NCBI GenBank assembly: GCA_951406725.2
Contig: OX597819.1
Location: 5,828,001 to 5,892,000, forward strand
Direction of reading: 5' to 3'
From: Octopus vulgaris
Taxonomy: Eukaryota
DNA: 64,000 nucleotides
Positions 13,244 through 28,539 of this stretch are shown here, in pieces. Numbering within the stretch: position 1 is the stretch's first letter; every line of letters begins with the position of its first letter. A program made the translations under genes and the position numbers. The notes beneath the pieces were generated by a model. It made no database searches and had not been told where the DNA came from. It worked only from the letters and a program-made list of their open reading frames with translations.

Positions 13244-14211
13244 AGTACTAATGCAGTTGATAATTTCATAGTTATATGAAAAGAAACTTTTGAATACTTG
13301 ACTTATTGTGATGCATTCACTTAATTCTTCCAGTCAGATATTACTTGTTTTTATACCAGTTCAAGCACATTGATCATCATCACAAACACTTCAATACGCC
13401 AGTTGCAGCTAAAGCTCCAGTGAAACTGCATCCATCATTTCAGATTTTCTGTCATATACTTCGCACATACAGGAATACAATTACTCCATGTCTGCAATGT
13501 TAAAATCATTGGAGAGATTATGCAAAGTACTGCAATTAGTTGAACTGATATTATGATATACTGGTTTTCTATTTATTACTGAGAATTAGTTTCTATTTTT
13601 GAACTACGCCATCGCCGTTGGCATAAAAATTGCAATAGATACCGAATATTATATTGAGGGTTGGGTTGTCTTTCTATTTTGAGAATGTTTCAGATGTAAT
13701 CACAAGGTAGACCACGATACCATATTGGAAGAATGCTGAGATTTAATAAGTTGAGATCTAGGTCAGACGATCCAGTTATCATAAGAAATATTTTATTCAA
13801 ATGTCTAAGTGTTAAACATGTTGATATCTGAGCCAGCATAAAGTCTTTTCGCTAGCATAATATGTAGTTAGTACTTACTCGTAATAACATTGATATTAAG
13901 CTTTTCTGGATTGTAGTCATATTACTACCCTTTAGAATAAAGATATATTGTCACTGATAGAGTCGCTGCAGTTCGTGTCCATTGCACTTCGCATCAGGAG
14001 ACCTGTAATGCAAACCATTGCCGCTGTGACCATCCCTTCATTTTTCCAGCACGATGTACCAACGACATGTTATCCAATGTGCTCCTTTTTTAAGCGCATA
14101 AGTGGGATTCTAAAGAGATTTGGCAGCTATTTCTAGCTGGTTGAGTGACTAAGTAGAACCTTGTTCGTCGGTACCAAAATGTAATTGGGAGTGATCTACA
14201 GGTGTGTGTTT

Positions 14212-14242
<31 letters not shown>

Positions 14243-14267
14243 TATATGTGTTTTATAGCATTATAAA

Positions 14268-14610
14268 GGGGGTAAAGACCCCCTTCGGTCATGAATGACC
14301 ATGGGATTGCACCTAGAAAGTTACCCTCCTAGACACAAGTCCGGGCAAGGTTGTTTATGGAAGGCCAGCAGTCGCCCATGCATACCGGCCTCCCCTCTTC
14401 ACGCCACCAGTGTTATCCAAGGGAAAGACAAAAGTCGATACAGCTTGGCACCTGTGACGTCGCAACTCATTTCTACAGCTGAGTGAACTGGAGCAACGTG
14501 AAATAAAATGCCTTGCTCGAGAACACAACACGCAGCCCGGTCCGGGATTCGAGCTCACAACCTCACGATCGTAAGCTCGACGCTCTAACCACTGAGCCAT
14601 GCGCCTTCAC
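14268..14610 (-). mobile_element. SINE family D, full length, TSD TATAGCATTATAA
   Basis: tRNA head on the minus strand (TGGCTCAGTGG, GAGCTCGAATCC); 13 bp duplication on both flanks. Confidence 0.92.
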
Positions 14611-14998
14611 ATATATAGCATTATAAGGTATAAAATATAAGATATAAAAAATATAAAAAATATGATTTTGGTGCCTTTATGGCGGTTGAAATGAGACCCT
14701 AGCTCTTATTTCTGAATAGATTGATGCTCACTGCATCCTTAAAGATTCGTGCTAATTATATATTTTATATTTTATGGCTTATGATGCTATTAAACTTGCG
14801 AACCGCCTATCTTACTGCTGTTAATATCAAATAAAAATATTTACCATAGATGGTATTAACAATAGTAACATCGTATTTCGATTGTGAACATTCGAATGTT
14901 TTTTGCTCATAAATATGCGTTGCTGGTTTTTGTCGCAAAACAAGCCAGAGCGCTAATGGATTTATAACGTGGCGGATTTGGAATGTATTGCCAAGTGA

Positions 14999-15055
14999 CT
15001 CATACTGATGAAGGTTAAGGCTCGTGGGCCAACACACGAAACCATGGTATATGAG
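14999..15055 (+). ncRNA. Type I hammerhead ribozyme
   Basis: ctcata-CTGATGA-(gtt.ggctc/gggcc.aac)-GAAA-ccatgg-TA-tatgag; 6 bp stem I, palindromic stem III, base of stem II imperfect. Confidence 0.8.
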
Positions 15056-16038
15056 CATCTGAACAGCATAATCTTTATAGGTATACTCTCTTTACTCTTT
15101 TACTTGTTTCAGTCATTTGACTGCGGCCATGCTGGAGCACCGCCTTTTAGTCGAGCAAATCAACTCCGGGACTTATTCTTTGTAAGCCCAGTACTTATTT
15201 ATACATACACACACAGACACTCCCACATACTGACACGCACGCACACACGCATATGTCCGGCTGACAAAAACATACACAGATACACGCAAGCATATGTCCG
15301 GTTGATTTTTACGCACACACAGACACATACACATACACGCGTATATCCGGTTGACTTTTACACACCTACACAAGCCTAAAACATGACACATGCAAACACA
15401 TACACATATACACACACCACACCACACAGACACAGAGTCACACACACACACACACATACCACACAGATGTGCACCCATACACAAACACACGCACACACGC
15501 ATACACAACCACTACTGGCACGCATTAGCTGCTACAACATGCATTTTCACACAAACAAACACATCAGATAGCTTCACACACACATGTTAAGCAGCCTAAC
15601 ACACTCCCGCATATATGTCCACACACACATACATGCACGCATAAATACACGGAGCACATACGCGCACCTCGCTCCGTACACGCGTACGTACTTGTTTCCT
15701 CACACATAGACACGTGTACACACACACACACACACACACGCGCGCGCTCCCATAATCTTCCAATTCACACACATGTTTGCCCACGCACATACGCGTACAC
15801 GCATATACGTGTACACGCACATACGCGTACACGCACATACGCGTACACGCACATACGCGTACACGCACACACATTATCCTCACATACATAACACACGCTT
15901 ACGCACTGTTGTCCCCCGTTCCACCAACCGTTTCCTTCCTTTCCATCAATTCAGTATGTGAAACCGTAAATCCAGACACGTCTTTTATTTTTGTCTCCCT
16001 TCGTTTTTGCCTCTCTGCATTGTTTTCTTTCCTCATTC

Positions 16039-16074
16039 CTTTCTGAAGAAGAGCGAGGGCTCGAAACGTCAAAG
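16039..16074 (+). ncRNA. Minimal type I hammerhead (family H2), intact core
   Basis: cttt-CTGAAGA-a-gagc(gagg)gctc-GAAA-cg-TC-aaag; relatives at 48494 (-) and 60392 (+). Confidence 0.85.
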
Positions 16075-16128
16075 ACTCTTCTATTCTTTTTTGAGCGTCA
16101 AACTAATATATCTTGTTTGTTGTTCGTT

Positions 16129-16167
<39 letters not shown>

Positions 16168-16605
16168 TGTGTTCGTATTAGTCTATTTAAAATGCGATAC
16201 AAAAGAGCTGTTTGGAGTGAAATAGAAAAAAGAAAAATATGCGTAGAAAATATTTTTTAAGTAACTTTCATCATAGTGTTGACGTGTCATTACAAACCAG
16301 ACGATGACTATTCGAGAGAATTTCAGAATTTACCAGAATGCGAAAAGAAAAAAACTATTCTGTGATACATGATGAAAGTTGAGACATTCTTTTAATGTGA
16401 TTTGTGAGCAGAATGCAGAAGTTCCTGAATTCATTTCATTCCCGGAATAATTTTGCTGAAATATATTCTGCATAGGAATCGCGACAGCTGCTAGGTGAAC
16501 ATTTAAATTAGTTTCTTCGAAAGAGATCGGTTAGTGCTGTTGAAAGTTGTTTGCTCAGAATTATATTTGTGTTTGGAACAGAAAAACAAAAAAACACCAT
16601 ATAAA

Positions 16606-17016
16606 CGCAGGAGTGGCTGTGTGGTAAGTAGCTTGTCTACCAACCACATGGTTCCGGGTTCAGTCCCACTGCGTGACATCTTAGGCAAGTGTCTTCTGCT
16701 ATAGCCCCGGGCCGACCAATGCCTTGTGAGTGGATTTGGTAGACGGAAACTGAAAGAAGCCTGTCGTATATATGTATATATATATATGTAAGTGTGTGTG
16801 TGTGTGTGTGTTTGTGTGTCTGTGTTTGTCCCCCTAGCATTGCTTGACAACCGATGCAGGTGTGTTTACGTCCCCGTTACTTAGCGGTTCGGCAAAAGAG
16901 ACTGAGAGAATAAGTACTGGGCTTACAAGTCCTGGGGTAGATTTGCTCGACTAAAGGCGGTGCTCCAGCATGGCCGTAGTCAAAATGACTGAAACAAGTA
17001 AAAGAGTAAAAGAGTA
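16606..17016 (+). mobile_element. SINE family A
   Basis: Consensus match. Confidence 0.92.
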
Positions 17017-17480
17017 ATATTGTCTATTAACAAAATTGCCTTGTAACTTCAAAAGATATTGTTTCTCTATAAACTTGTGAGCTGGTATATAAGTACTAAC
17101 TTGAGAAGTGATCCCTTACAGCGTCAGTTCGCGTCTTAAGCTATATTAGTTTATGATGATTTGTGCATTTTCTTTTTGAGAAAATATTTGTTACTGACAT
17201 TGCGTTACTATCTAATTAAATGTCTAACTTCACGAGTAGCTGTAGAAATGTAAAATAAAACTATAATCAGGAGAACACAATAGGCATCGTCCGGGCACCA
17301 GACTACTTAAATGTATAAGTATATTATTCTTTTTACAAACTTTTAGCGTCCCATTCACAACCTTCCTTTCGTTGTTGTATTGTTTCCTATCAGGAAACAA
17401 TACAACGGCTCTTAAATTTCAGTGGAACTATGAATACAGCATCAATGTTATTATACAGACACGCGCGAGCGCACACGGTC

Positions 17481-17531
<51 letters not shown>

Positions 17532-17566
17532 CGTACACACACACGTATATATACACATATGTACAT

Positions 17567-18401
17567 GTGGCTGTGTGGTAAGTAGCTTGCTAACCAACCA
17601 CATGGTTCCGGGTTCAGTCCCACTGCGTGGCATCTTCGGAAAGTGCTTCTGCTATAGCCCCGGGCCGACCAATGCCTTGTGAGTGGATTTGATAGACGGA
17701 AACTGAAAGAAGCCTGTCGTATATATGTGTATATATGTATATATGTGTATGTGTGTGTGTTTGTGTGTGTGTGTTTGTCCCCCTAGCATTGCTTGACAAC
17801 CGATGCTGGTGTGTTTACGTCCCCGTTACTTAGCGGTTCGGCAAAAGATCCGATAGAATAAGTACTGGGCTTACAAATAATAAGTCACGGGGTCGATTTG
17901 CTCGACTAAAGGCGGTGCTCCAGCATTGCCGCAGTCAAATGACTGAAACAAGTAAAAGGGTAAAAGAATATATATATATATATATATATATATAGGCGTA
18001 GGAGTGGCTGTGTGGTAAGTAGCTTGCTCACCTACCACATGGTTCCGGGTTCAGTCCCACTGTGTGGCATCTTGGGCAAGTGTCTTCTACTATAGCCTCG
18101 GGCTAACCAAAGCCTTGTGAGTGGATTTGGTAGACAGAAACTGAAAGAAGCCCGTCGTATAAATGTATATGTATATATATATGTGTGTGTTTGTGTGTCT
18201 GTGTTTGTCCCCCCCCAACATCGCTTGACAACCGATGCTGGTGTGTTTACGTCCTCATAACTTAGCAGTTCGGCAAAAGAGAACGATAGAATAAGTACTA
18301 GGCTTACAAAGAATAAGTCCCGTGGTCGATTTGCTCGACTAAAGGCGGTGCTCCAGCATGGACGTAGTCAAATGACTGAAACAAGTAAAAGAGTAAAGAG
18401 A

Positions 18402-18404
<3 letters not shown>
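17567..18404 (+). mobile_element. Two head-to-tail SINE family A copies (17567-17968, 17994-18404)
   Basis: Consensus matches separated by (TA)n. Confidence 0.92.
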
Positions 18405-18464
<60 letters not shown>

Positions 18465-18541
18465 TATGTATATATACACATATATATGTATACACATAGA
18501 CATATATATATGCATGTATATATATGTCTATCTAAGTATGA

Positions 18542-18584
<43 letters not shown>

Positions 18585-18618
18585 CGCATATGTGTACATA
18601 TATATATATATATGCATA

Positions 18619-18651
<33 letters not shown>

Positions 18652-18914
18652 GCATACACATGCATATATGTACATATATATTCACATATATGTGTATAGT
18701 TATATATATATGTAAGTATATACACATACATTTATATATATATATATGAATTATATGTGTATGTATAATTTCTTTTTACTTCCTTTTACTTGCTTCAGGC
18801 AATAGACTGCAGTCATGCTGGGGCACGAGTACTTATTCTATTGGTCACTTTTGCCGAACCATTAAGTCTCGAGGATTTATACACACCAACACCGATTCTC
18901 ATACACTGGGGGAG

Positions 18915-19026
<112 letters not shown>

Positions 19027-19619
19027 TCCTTTAAGTTTCTTTACGGGCAACGTTTTGAATATGCATATAAAAGCTCAAATTCTATTCTGCCGGTTGCAGC
19101 CTCATGATACCAACTGGCGATAGCAGTATTTGTGGGGTTGCACCGAGCTGTCGCGCCGATATACTGCAGGACAAATATAGTAATAAGTATAATAATCCTC
19201 TGATGGAATTTATAAATGCTTTAATGCATTGCTACACGCGTTTCCACAAATATCTTCTTAAAGATCATAGTCCGTATTCTTGGGATGATTACAGCGCAGT
19301 CCATAGCATCCATGGACATCGGGTAGACCATGTTCATGCATTCATTTCTTCGGGCGAAATAGCATTAATGAATGTTTAACTAAGAGTTATTTATCAGTTT
19401 TGACCAACGAAAAGGTTGATTGGGATTTCTGTATTTGGTGGGGAAAGGTGATGGAAAGGAAGGAGTGGTAGTTATAAGGAGGTGGAGGCGTGTGTGGTGA
19501 TGTTGGACTTATTTTTTGCTTCTTGAGTATTGAGGTTTTGTTGTTGATGAATTTTTATTATTCCCGTTTGCAAGTATTCCATCGTCGATTATTATGCTAT
19601 GAGCTCTGGTCTTTTCATA

Positions 19620-20020
19620 TGGAAGCACTCCGTCGGTTACGACGACGAGGGTTCCGGTTGATCCGATCAACGGAACAGCCTGCTCGTGAAATTAACGTGT
19701 AAGTAGCTGAGCACTCCACAGACACGTGTACCCTTAACGTAGTTCTCGGGGATATTCAGCGTGACACAGAGAGTGACAAGGCCGGCCCTTTCAAATTGTT
19801 GTGCCTTTGAAATACAGGCACAACAGAAACAGGAAGTAAGAGTGAGAGAAAGTTGTAGTGAAAGAGTACAGCAGGGATCACCACCATCTCCTGCCGGAGC
19901 CTCGTGGAGCTTTTAGGTGTTTTCGCTCAATAAACACTCACAACGCCCGGTCTGGGAATCGAAACCGCGATCCTACGACCGCGAGTCCGCTGCCCTAACC
20001 ACTGGGCCATTGCGCCTCCA
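19620..20020 (-). mobile_element. SINE family C, TSD ggtc(t/g)tttcata
   Basis: Reverse complement of the 5653 copy; flanking duplication. Confidence 0.92.
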
Positions 20021-20568
20021 CAGGTCGTTTCATATACCCTGTCTGGTTTTATCCTATTGAGTGTTTGTGTTATTTCGTTTGTGCATGTGGTACTCTAGAT
20101 TGCGAGAGGTCGCTTATGCTAATTTTACATTATGCCTGTTGATAATTTTGTGATATGTGGAAGGTTTCAGGAAGTGCCTAGCTAACGCTGAGAAGAATTC
20201 CTCACCTGTTTTGGATTTTATTTGTGAATTCAAAATTGGATTAAACCAAATGATTTCACTTATTTTTCCATTTCTTTTAATATATCTGTTAGGCTTGTTA
20301 CCGCATTTTGTTTTATCTGCTTATTATTATTTCCATCCACATTTAACGGTTCTTTTCTTTCTACCTTTGGCTGCTGTTTCGTGGGTTCTTTTTATATCTA
20401 TCTTTCTTAATATTGTGTTTTTTTACCTTCTTGTTTGGTCCCTATCACATTTACTGTTTTTCTAGGTTCTGCTATTCTGTGGTTATTTTTATGATAATAT
20501 CTACTATTAATAATGCTCCATGGGCATTCAGCCTTCTCTGTCCTATTCTGTGCATATACTATTCTATC

Positions 20569-20612
<44 letters not shown>

Positions 20613-20622
20613 TATATATATG

Positions 20623-21160
20623 ATAAATCTTAGGGTAGCAAAAAATTAAGAAAAATTCTTTGCTACCAGTGATCTAGCGAGAAGAAAAAACTAGTCAATA
20701 GACTATATATTATTCATATAAAAATACAGTATATTTCTAAACACATAAGAGATGGCCATAACAGGACATCTGACTCGCTAGAAAGAGTAGTTAAACTACA
20801 AACCACTAAATAGGGGTAATTTCGAAAGGGAATGAAAAATAAAAACATTTACCCTATTTTTCTTGGACTATGCATTTTGAAAAATTATAACTTATAAACA
20901 CGAGGCATGTTCTTTATCGCCTCGTGTCTATATGTTAAACTTGACTTCCTGCTGATGAGAGCTTCGCCAATTGTAAATTATTTTATTTACGAACGATTGC
21001 TTGAAACTATGCATAGTCCAGGAAAAATAGGGTAAATGTTTTTATTTTTCATTCCCTTTCGAAATTACCACTATTTAGCGGTTTGTAATTTAACTACTCT
21101 TTCTAGCGAGTCAGATGTCCTGTTATGGCCATCTCTCATGTGTTTAAATGTACACTGTAT
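20623..21160 (+). mobile_element. HHR-bearing Penelope-like non-autonomous element with inverted arms
   Basis: 20726-20875 is the reverse complement of about 21010-21160; homologous to the 1224 element. Confidence 0.8.
20946..21024 (+). ncRNA. Type I hammerhead ribozyme, intact core
   Basis: ttcctg-CTGATGA-gagc...gctt-GAAA-ctatgcatag-TC-caggaa; 6 bp stem I, 10 nt palindromic stem III, GUC triplet. Confidence 0.92.
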
Positions 21161-21555
21161 TTATATATATATAATTTTATTGAAGCTGTAAACTTTACAT
21201 ACATACGCGCGCGCACCACACATAAGCACTCAGACACACTTACACACACACACAGTCACGCCCCTTCATCTATATATGAGGATTACATGTTACCAGATGA
21301 TATCCTCATCATGGATTATAGTTACGTAAGCTTGTAGAACTCGAATGGCACTCTCCAGTTGTCTATACTAAAGCAAGCAGTGAGAGGTTAAAGCAACGTG
21401 GCTGCTATTTCCGGAAGTGGAACTTCTCACAGACTTTTCCTAAAGAACGATAAGTCTAACAAATCAGTCGTGCTTTGATCTTGGAGTTTTTCTTCTCTAA
21501 GTAGTTTTTACTGTGTACCCTGTCACAAACCTCTATATTTCTATTCTCCCACGCA

Positions 21556-21743
<188 letters not shown>

Positions 21744-22130
21744 CATCTAAATTCCTCCAGTGACTTACACAAACGCACATCTGGAACCTGCCAATCACTC
21801 TTATTAATATGCTATCTATTACATCCTGTTTCTCTCCGAGACGAACACTCCTCACCTCTCTCCATAACTCATCACTGATATTATTCAGGTTACACTTTAT
21901 ATTTAAACTTTGCACTGGAGAGTTGAGCCTACGCAAATATTTAGAATCCAGTTTTCCAACTACAAACTACTCTCATCGAGATATCAGCCACAAAGACATC
22001 CAAAACTTCTAGCTCAAAGCCTCCCGTACAGTCTTCTAAATCAATCTAGTGTCTTTGCCACTCTAGACATCTTTGACCTACTAACAAAGGTTCGACTATG
22101 TCTCGTTCAGACATCCCATTTATCTGTCTG

Positions 22131-22163
<33 letters not shown>

Positions 22164-22498
22164 TTCTCTGAAGTATTCGTTTTTACTGACTTCAATGTTT
22201 ATTATGAATCTTTGTTTTCGCACCTCATCCCTACAAATGCAGCTGGCATAATAACCGAAACGTTTACCATTGTGAACTCTTTGCAGCTATTAGAATCATC
22301 GTTCACCCAATGTAACAGACAAAACACCCAAAAGAACTCCAATCACATTTGATCTCTTTCTCATCTTAAAAACACAGCCTATGCTAAACAATCACCGTCT
22401 CATTACATATTTGGTTGTAGGGCGATTAGGTTTTTCTGAAGTTCTGTTCACGGATGTCACGAACATGCAACTTAAAATATTATATATAGTCCTATATA

Positions 22499-22724
22499 TA
22501 CTCTTTTACTTGTTTCAGTCATTTGACTGCGGCCATGCTGGAGCACCGCCTTTAGTCGAGCAACTCGACCCCGGGACTTATTCTTTTGTAAGCTTAGTAT
22601 TTATTCTATCGGTCCCTTTTGCCGAACCGCTAAGTAACGGGGACGTAAACACACCAGCATCGGCTGTCAAGCAATTCTAGGGGGACAAACACAGACACAC
22701 AAACATATACACATACATACATAC

Positions 22725-22774
<50 letters not shown>

Positions 22775-22923
22775 GACGGGCTTCTTTCAGTTTCCGTCTA
22801 CCAAATCCACTCACAAGGCTTTGGTCGGCCCGAGGCTATAAGTAGAAGACACTTGCCCAAGGTGCCACGCGGAGGGATTGAACCCGGAACCATGTGGTTG
22901 GTAAACAAGCTACTTACCACACA
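22499..22923 (-). mobile_element. SINE family A
   Basis: Consensus match. Confidence 0.92.
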
Positions 22924-24663
22924 TTACGTTTGTGAAGAGAAAGATCCCAGGTATGCTCAGAGTTCTTTGCTAAAACGACAATAATAAGGCATCACAACGA
23001 TGACAACGACAACAACTACAACCACCACCACAACCCCCCTCCCCACTGTCGCCACCACCTCCACCGATCGTGGGGAGTAGTCTCTCCCCTTCCTCTCCAG
23101 TTAGCTATGCTCCTGCTAGTCACACGACAAAATTGCCCTCTGTAGAGAAACATAACTGATTAGCTTTCCCTGTTGGCCCAGGGACGAAACATTCGATAAT
23201 CAGGAAATTCTTGTCAGTTGCCATGAAATACCCCGGGATTCAGGAAATAGGGTTTATGCAAAAAATGGGCGTATAGTGTATTGCCTGGATGAATTAGTGG
23301 TCTGACAAACTGTCTTACAAAGACACTATCATGGTTTGGAGAAAGGAGGTTTGCTAGGCGAGGAGGCCAGTATGAGAAATAAAATGTTTATTCTAGGTAA
23401 AGAGAATGACATAATGGAACAATGCCCGAATAATAGGAGAATCTTTAGTTTAGACATGGAAGAAGTGAGAGAGATAACAAAACCGGATGCTATTGCAAAT
23501 AACTCACTTCCACAAATGCTATATGTATGTGTGTGTGTGAGAGGGAGAGAGGGAGAGAGAGAAAAAGAGGGAGAGAGTGAGAGGAAGAGGGAGAGAGGGA
23601 GAGAGATGGGGAATTCGTATATACATGTTTATAAATGCAAGTGGTTTATATGTATCCTACGTCTGACAGATAACTTTGAAGTTGTGTAAATAACGAATAT
23701 TATTAACACTCAACGTATAAACACTCGTATAAAGAAGCATATTATCAGTTTATGAAAACTTTTACGGGTTTTTAGTATATTTTACGTTGTGCTTCATTAA
23801 TAACAAAATGGCTTCTGTAAATCTCTGTCTATGGAGCCGTCGAAAAAGATGGCGTTTATGATTTTATCGTTGTGCGTCCTAAGTTAACGATGGACAAATG
23901 GTGATGACAGAAAAGCAGAATAAGATAAATACTGAGCAGGATATGATTGACTAAAACATTTGAAGACTACAATAACCTTAGTCTAACTTTTGAAAACAGT
24001 AAAGTGAATAAAAGAATAACAAATAACACCTGCGTGTGCACGCGCTAAGTGTACATACATATGCGTATGTGTGAACGTCATGCATATGTTGCTTCTGCTA
24101 AATATGAATAAAAAATATACATATACTCATACTTTACCTGTTTACATCACGATACATACATACATATACATACATGGAAAAGAATGTTGGTAATTTTGTA
24201 GATTAACACTCGCACGATTTTCACTTAGAAAAATAAATCGGATTTTTTGCGTGGAATCAACTACTCTGGCTTCCTAATATGCTACAAAACCATTTTTGTG
24301 GTCCGAAAAAACGGGGTGTGGTGTGGTAGAAGCCTCATAAATTGTACCCATTTATATTGTGACAAATTGTTACCTATCTTTTGTATCTTTGTTGTTAAAT
24401 AAATGGATTCTCAACAAAACACTTTTTTCCTCGGCGTAAAATAAAAACAAAACTCTTTCGCGCACAAAGAAATGTGTATGTGAGAGGGGGGAGAAAACAA
24501 TGAACGATTTGAAATAAATTTATTATTATTACTATCATTAATGAATAAATTCAATTCATATATTTATAAATGTATAATCATTTAGTATAATGAAGATAGC
24601 AAATTTTAAATTTATTATTTAAATGTAATGATATATTTTACAGACAAAACATATTTTCATTGG

Positions 24664-25051
24664 TACTCTTTTACTCTTTTGCTTGTTTCAGTCAACTAAC
24701 TGTGGCCATGCTGGAGCACCGCCTTTAGTCGAGCAAATCGACCCTAGGACTTATTCTTTGTAAGACTAGTACTTATTCTATCGGTCCGTTTTTTTGCCGA
24801 ACCGCTAAGTTACGGGGACGCAAACACACCAGCATCGGTTGTCAAGCGATGTTGTGGGGGGGGGGGGGGACAAACACAGACACACAAACATAAACACACA
24901 CATACATATATATACATATATACGACGGGCCTCTTTCAGTTTCCGTCTACCAAATCCACTAACAAGGCTTTGGTCGTACCGAGGCTATAGTAGAAGACAC
25001 TTGCTCCCGGAACCATGTGGCTGGTAAGCAAGCTGCTTACCACACAGCCAC
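24664..25051 (-). mobile_element. SINE family A with internal deletion
   Basis: Consensus match lacking the B-box segment. Confidence 0.88.
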
Positions 25052-25070
25052 TATACATATATTTATATAT

Positions 25071-25141
<71 letters not shown>

Positions 25142-25252
25142 TACACACATATATATATACACATATATACAGATATATATATACATATATATATACAGAT
25201 ATATATATATATACATATATATATACATATATACAGATATATGTATATATAT

Positions 25253-25490
<238 letters not shown>

Positions 25491-25524
25491 ATATTTATAT
25501 ATATATATATCCATATATATATAT

Positions 25525-25984
25525 AATGAAGGGTGAAATTAATTAATTTGGAATAATTATCAATTACACCAAGTAGTCTTCGGCATGTAAAAGCCTCATT
25601 CGAGGAAAATTTAAGTAATACTAAGCTCGCTCTGATACTGAGTAGAGTTGGTGCCTTCTAGTATCTCAAAATTCAATATACAATCATTCATGATTGTTTG
25701 TATCCTGCGCTGATGAGAGAAGAAGTTTGGGTAAGGTAGAATTATCTAATTCTTATGCTTTCCTAAGACTTGATTTCGAAACGTACGTCCGTAGGTGACT
25801 TAAAACTGTATGATAGATTGCCGTCAATTCATTCTCTCTTACCTGTTTGTGTTTGCCTTTCAAATGGTGTGTTTTTACTGAGATCTCCCTTTTAGTAGAA
25901 GAAATAGCTATAATCTCTTTGACTGCTATTTCTAAATTCGGTGTGCGGTAAGGCAATTCGTTGCTAAACCCTTAATTGCTTAGC
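25525..25984 (+). mobile_element. ~460 bp HHR-bearing element embedded in giant (TA)n tracts
   Basis: Unique island between TA arrays; homologous to 54894-55266. Confidence 0.82.
25704..25795 (+). ncRNA. Type I hammerhead ribozyme, intact core
   Basis: cctgcg-CTGATGA-gaga...tttc-GAAA-cgtacg-TC-cgtagg; extended stem II. Confidence 0.92.
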
Positions 25985-27358
<1,374 letters not shown>

Positions 27359-27789
27359 TTCTCTTTTTTCTTTTTTTCTAGTTTCAGCTCAGATCTGCGG
27401 CCATGCTGATATATATTTTTCCGGTCTTGTTTCGTATACATTCGCTGCTTTCTTCCAAGGAATGTAATGCTCTTAGCTTATCTTACCTTGGGGTTGGCCA
27501 GATTGGAGCAATCTCGAGTATATCCAGCCGAAATTGCCAAGATAATCTAGAACTCGACTGAGGATGGAAAACTCTGAATGATTCGTCCTTGCTTTCCTTG
27601 TATCGTCTGTCTGGAAACTTTGTTAGCTGTTCGGCAAAAGAGACCAATAGAATAAGTACTAGGCTTACAAAGAATAAGTCCTGGTGTCGATTTGCTCGAC
27701 TAAAGGCGGTGCTCCAGCATGGCCATAGTCAAATGACTAAAACAAGTAAGAGTAAAAGAGTAAAAGGGAGCCACATCATTGTTTATCAT

Positions 27790-28170
27790 GGGTCGATTTC
27801 TATGAGAATTTTGATGGATCACCAGGCCCACACGACTCAAACATCTCCGCCCACAAACCACACACATAAATACCAATAGTCTCTCACTTTCCACAGTTTC
27901 TCCCTTCTAAGCCCACTCCTAATTCTCTCATACTTCATTCTCTCCCTCTCAAACCTTGAGCAACCATCATGCACTATGTTCCTCCATCCATCGCGGTCTT
28001 GTGCCTCCCACTCCTAATTACCTGCTGCAATTCCTGTCTGTATTAGAGCACTTTTAAAGCAATCTGCGCTGGTCTCCTGCTATCTTCCAGGTCCGGATTC
28101 AGCCTGGAATATATTTAATTTACTCACGGAGTCAACCAAAATGGTATATGTTGGGCTACGGCCTCTAGGA
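27790..28170 (-). pseudogene. RTE-clade LINE ORF C-terminal remnant
   Basis: Minus-strand WEAQDRDGWRNIV..G..FE followed by C2H2 finger CVVCGRRCLSRVGLVIHQNSH, typical of RTE C-termini. Confidence 0.75.
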
Positions 28171-28539
28171 TTAAAGGTGAAAAAGTGTGATACACTGACA
28201 CACTGACATTCACATTTATTATTTTATATTATATTCTATTATTATATTCTATCAAGGCAGGAATGCTTAGTGGTATTTCGTCCGCCTTTAGGTATTGAGT
28301 TCGACTTTGCCTTTCATCCTTTCATCCTTTTGGGGTCGATGAAATTAATACCAGTTACGTCCTGGGTCGATGTAATCGACTTAATCCCTTCCCTTAAAAT
28401 TTGAGGCTTTGCGCTTGCAGTAGAAAGGATTTATTAAAGTTGAGAAAGTGTGACACACTGACATTCACATTTATTATATTAGATATGTTTAATTTTTGGG
28501 AAACTGTATTTCAATTAAAGTGTATTATATATATATATA

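Noticed and set aside
23150-23500. Possible CR1 ORF2 remnant (FVRPL, minus strand), with similar hints at 12650-12900 and 58700-59350
   Set aside because: Only weak motif echoes; not callable by eye
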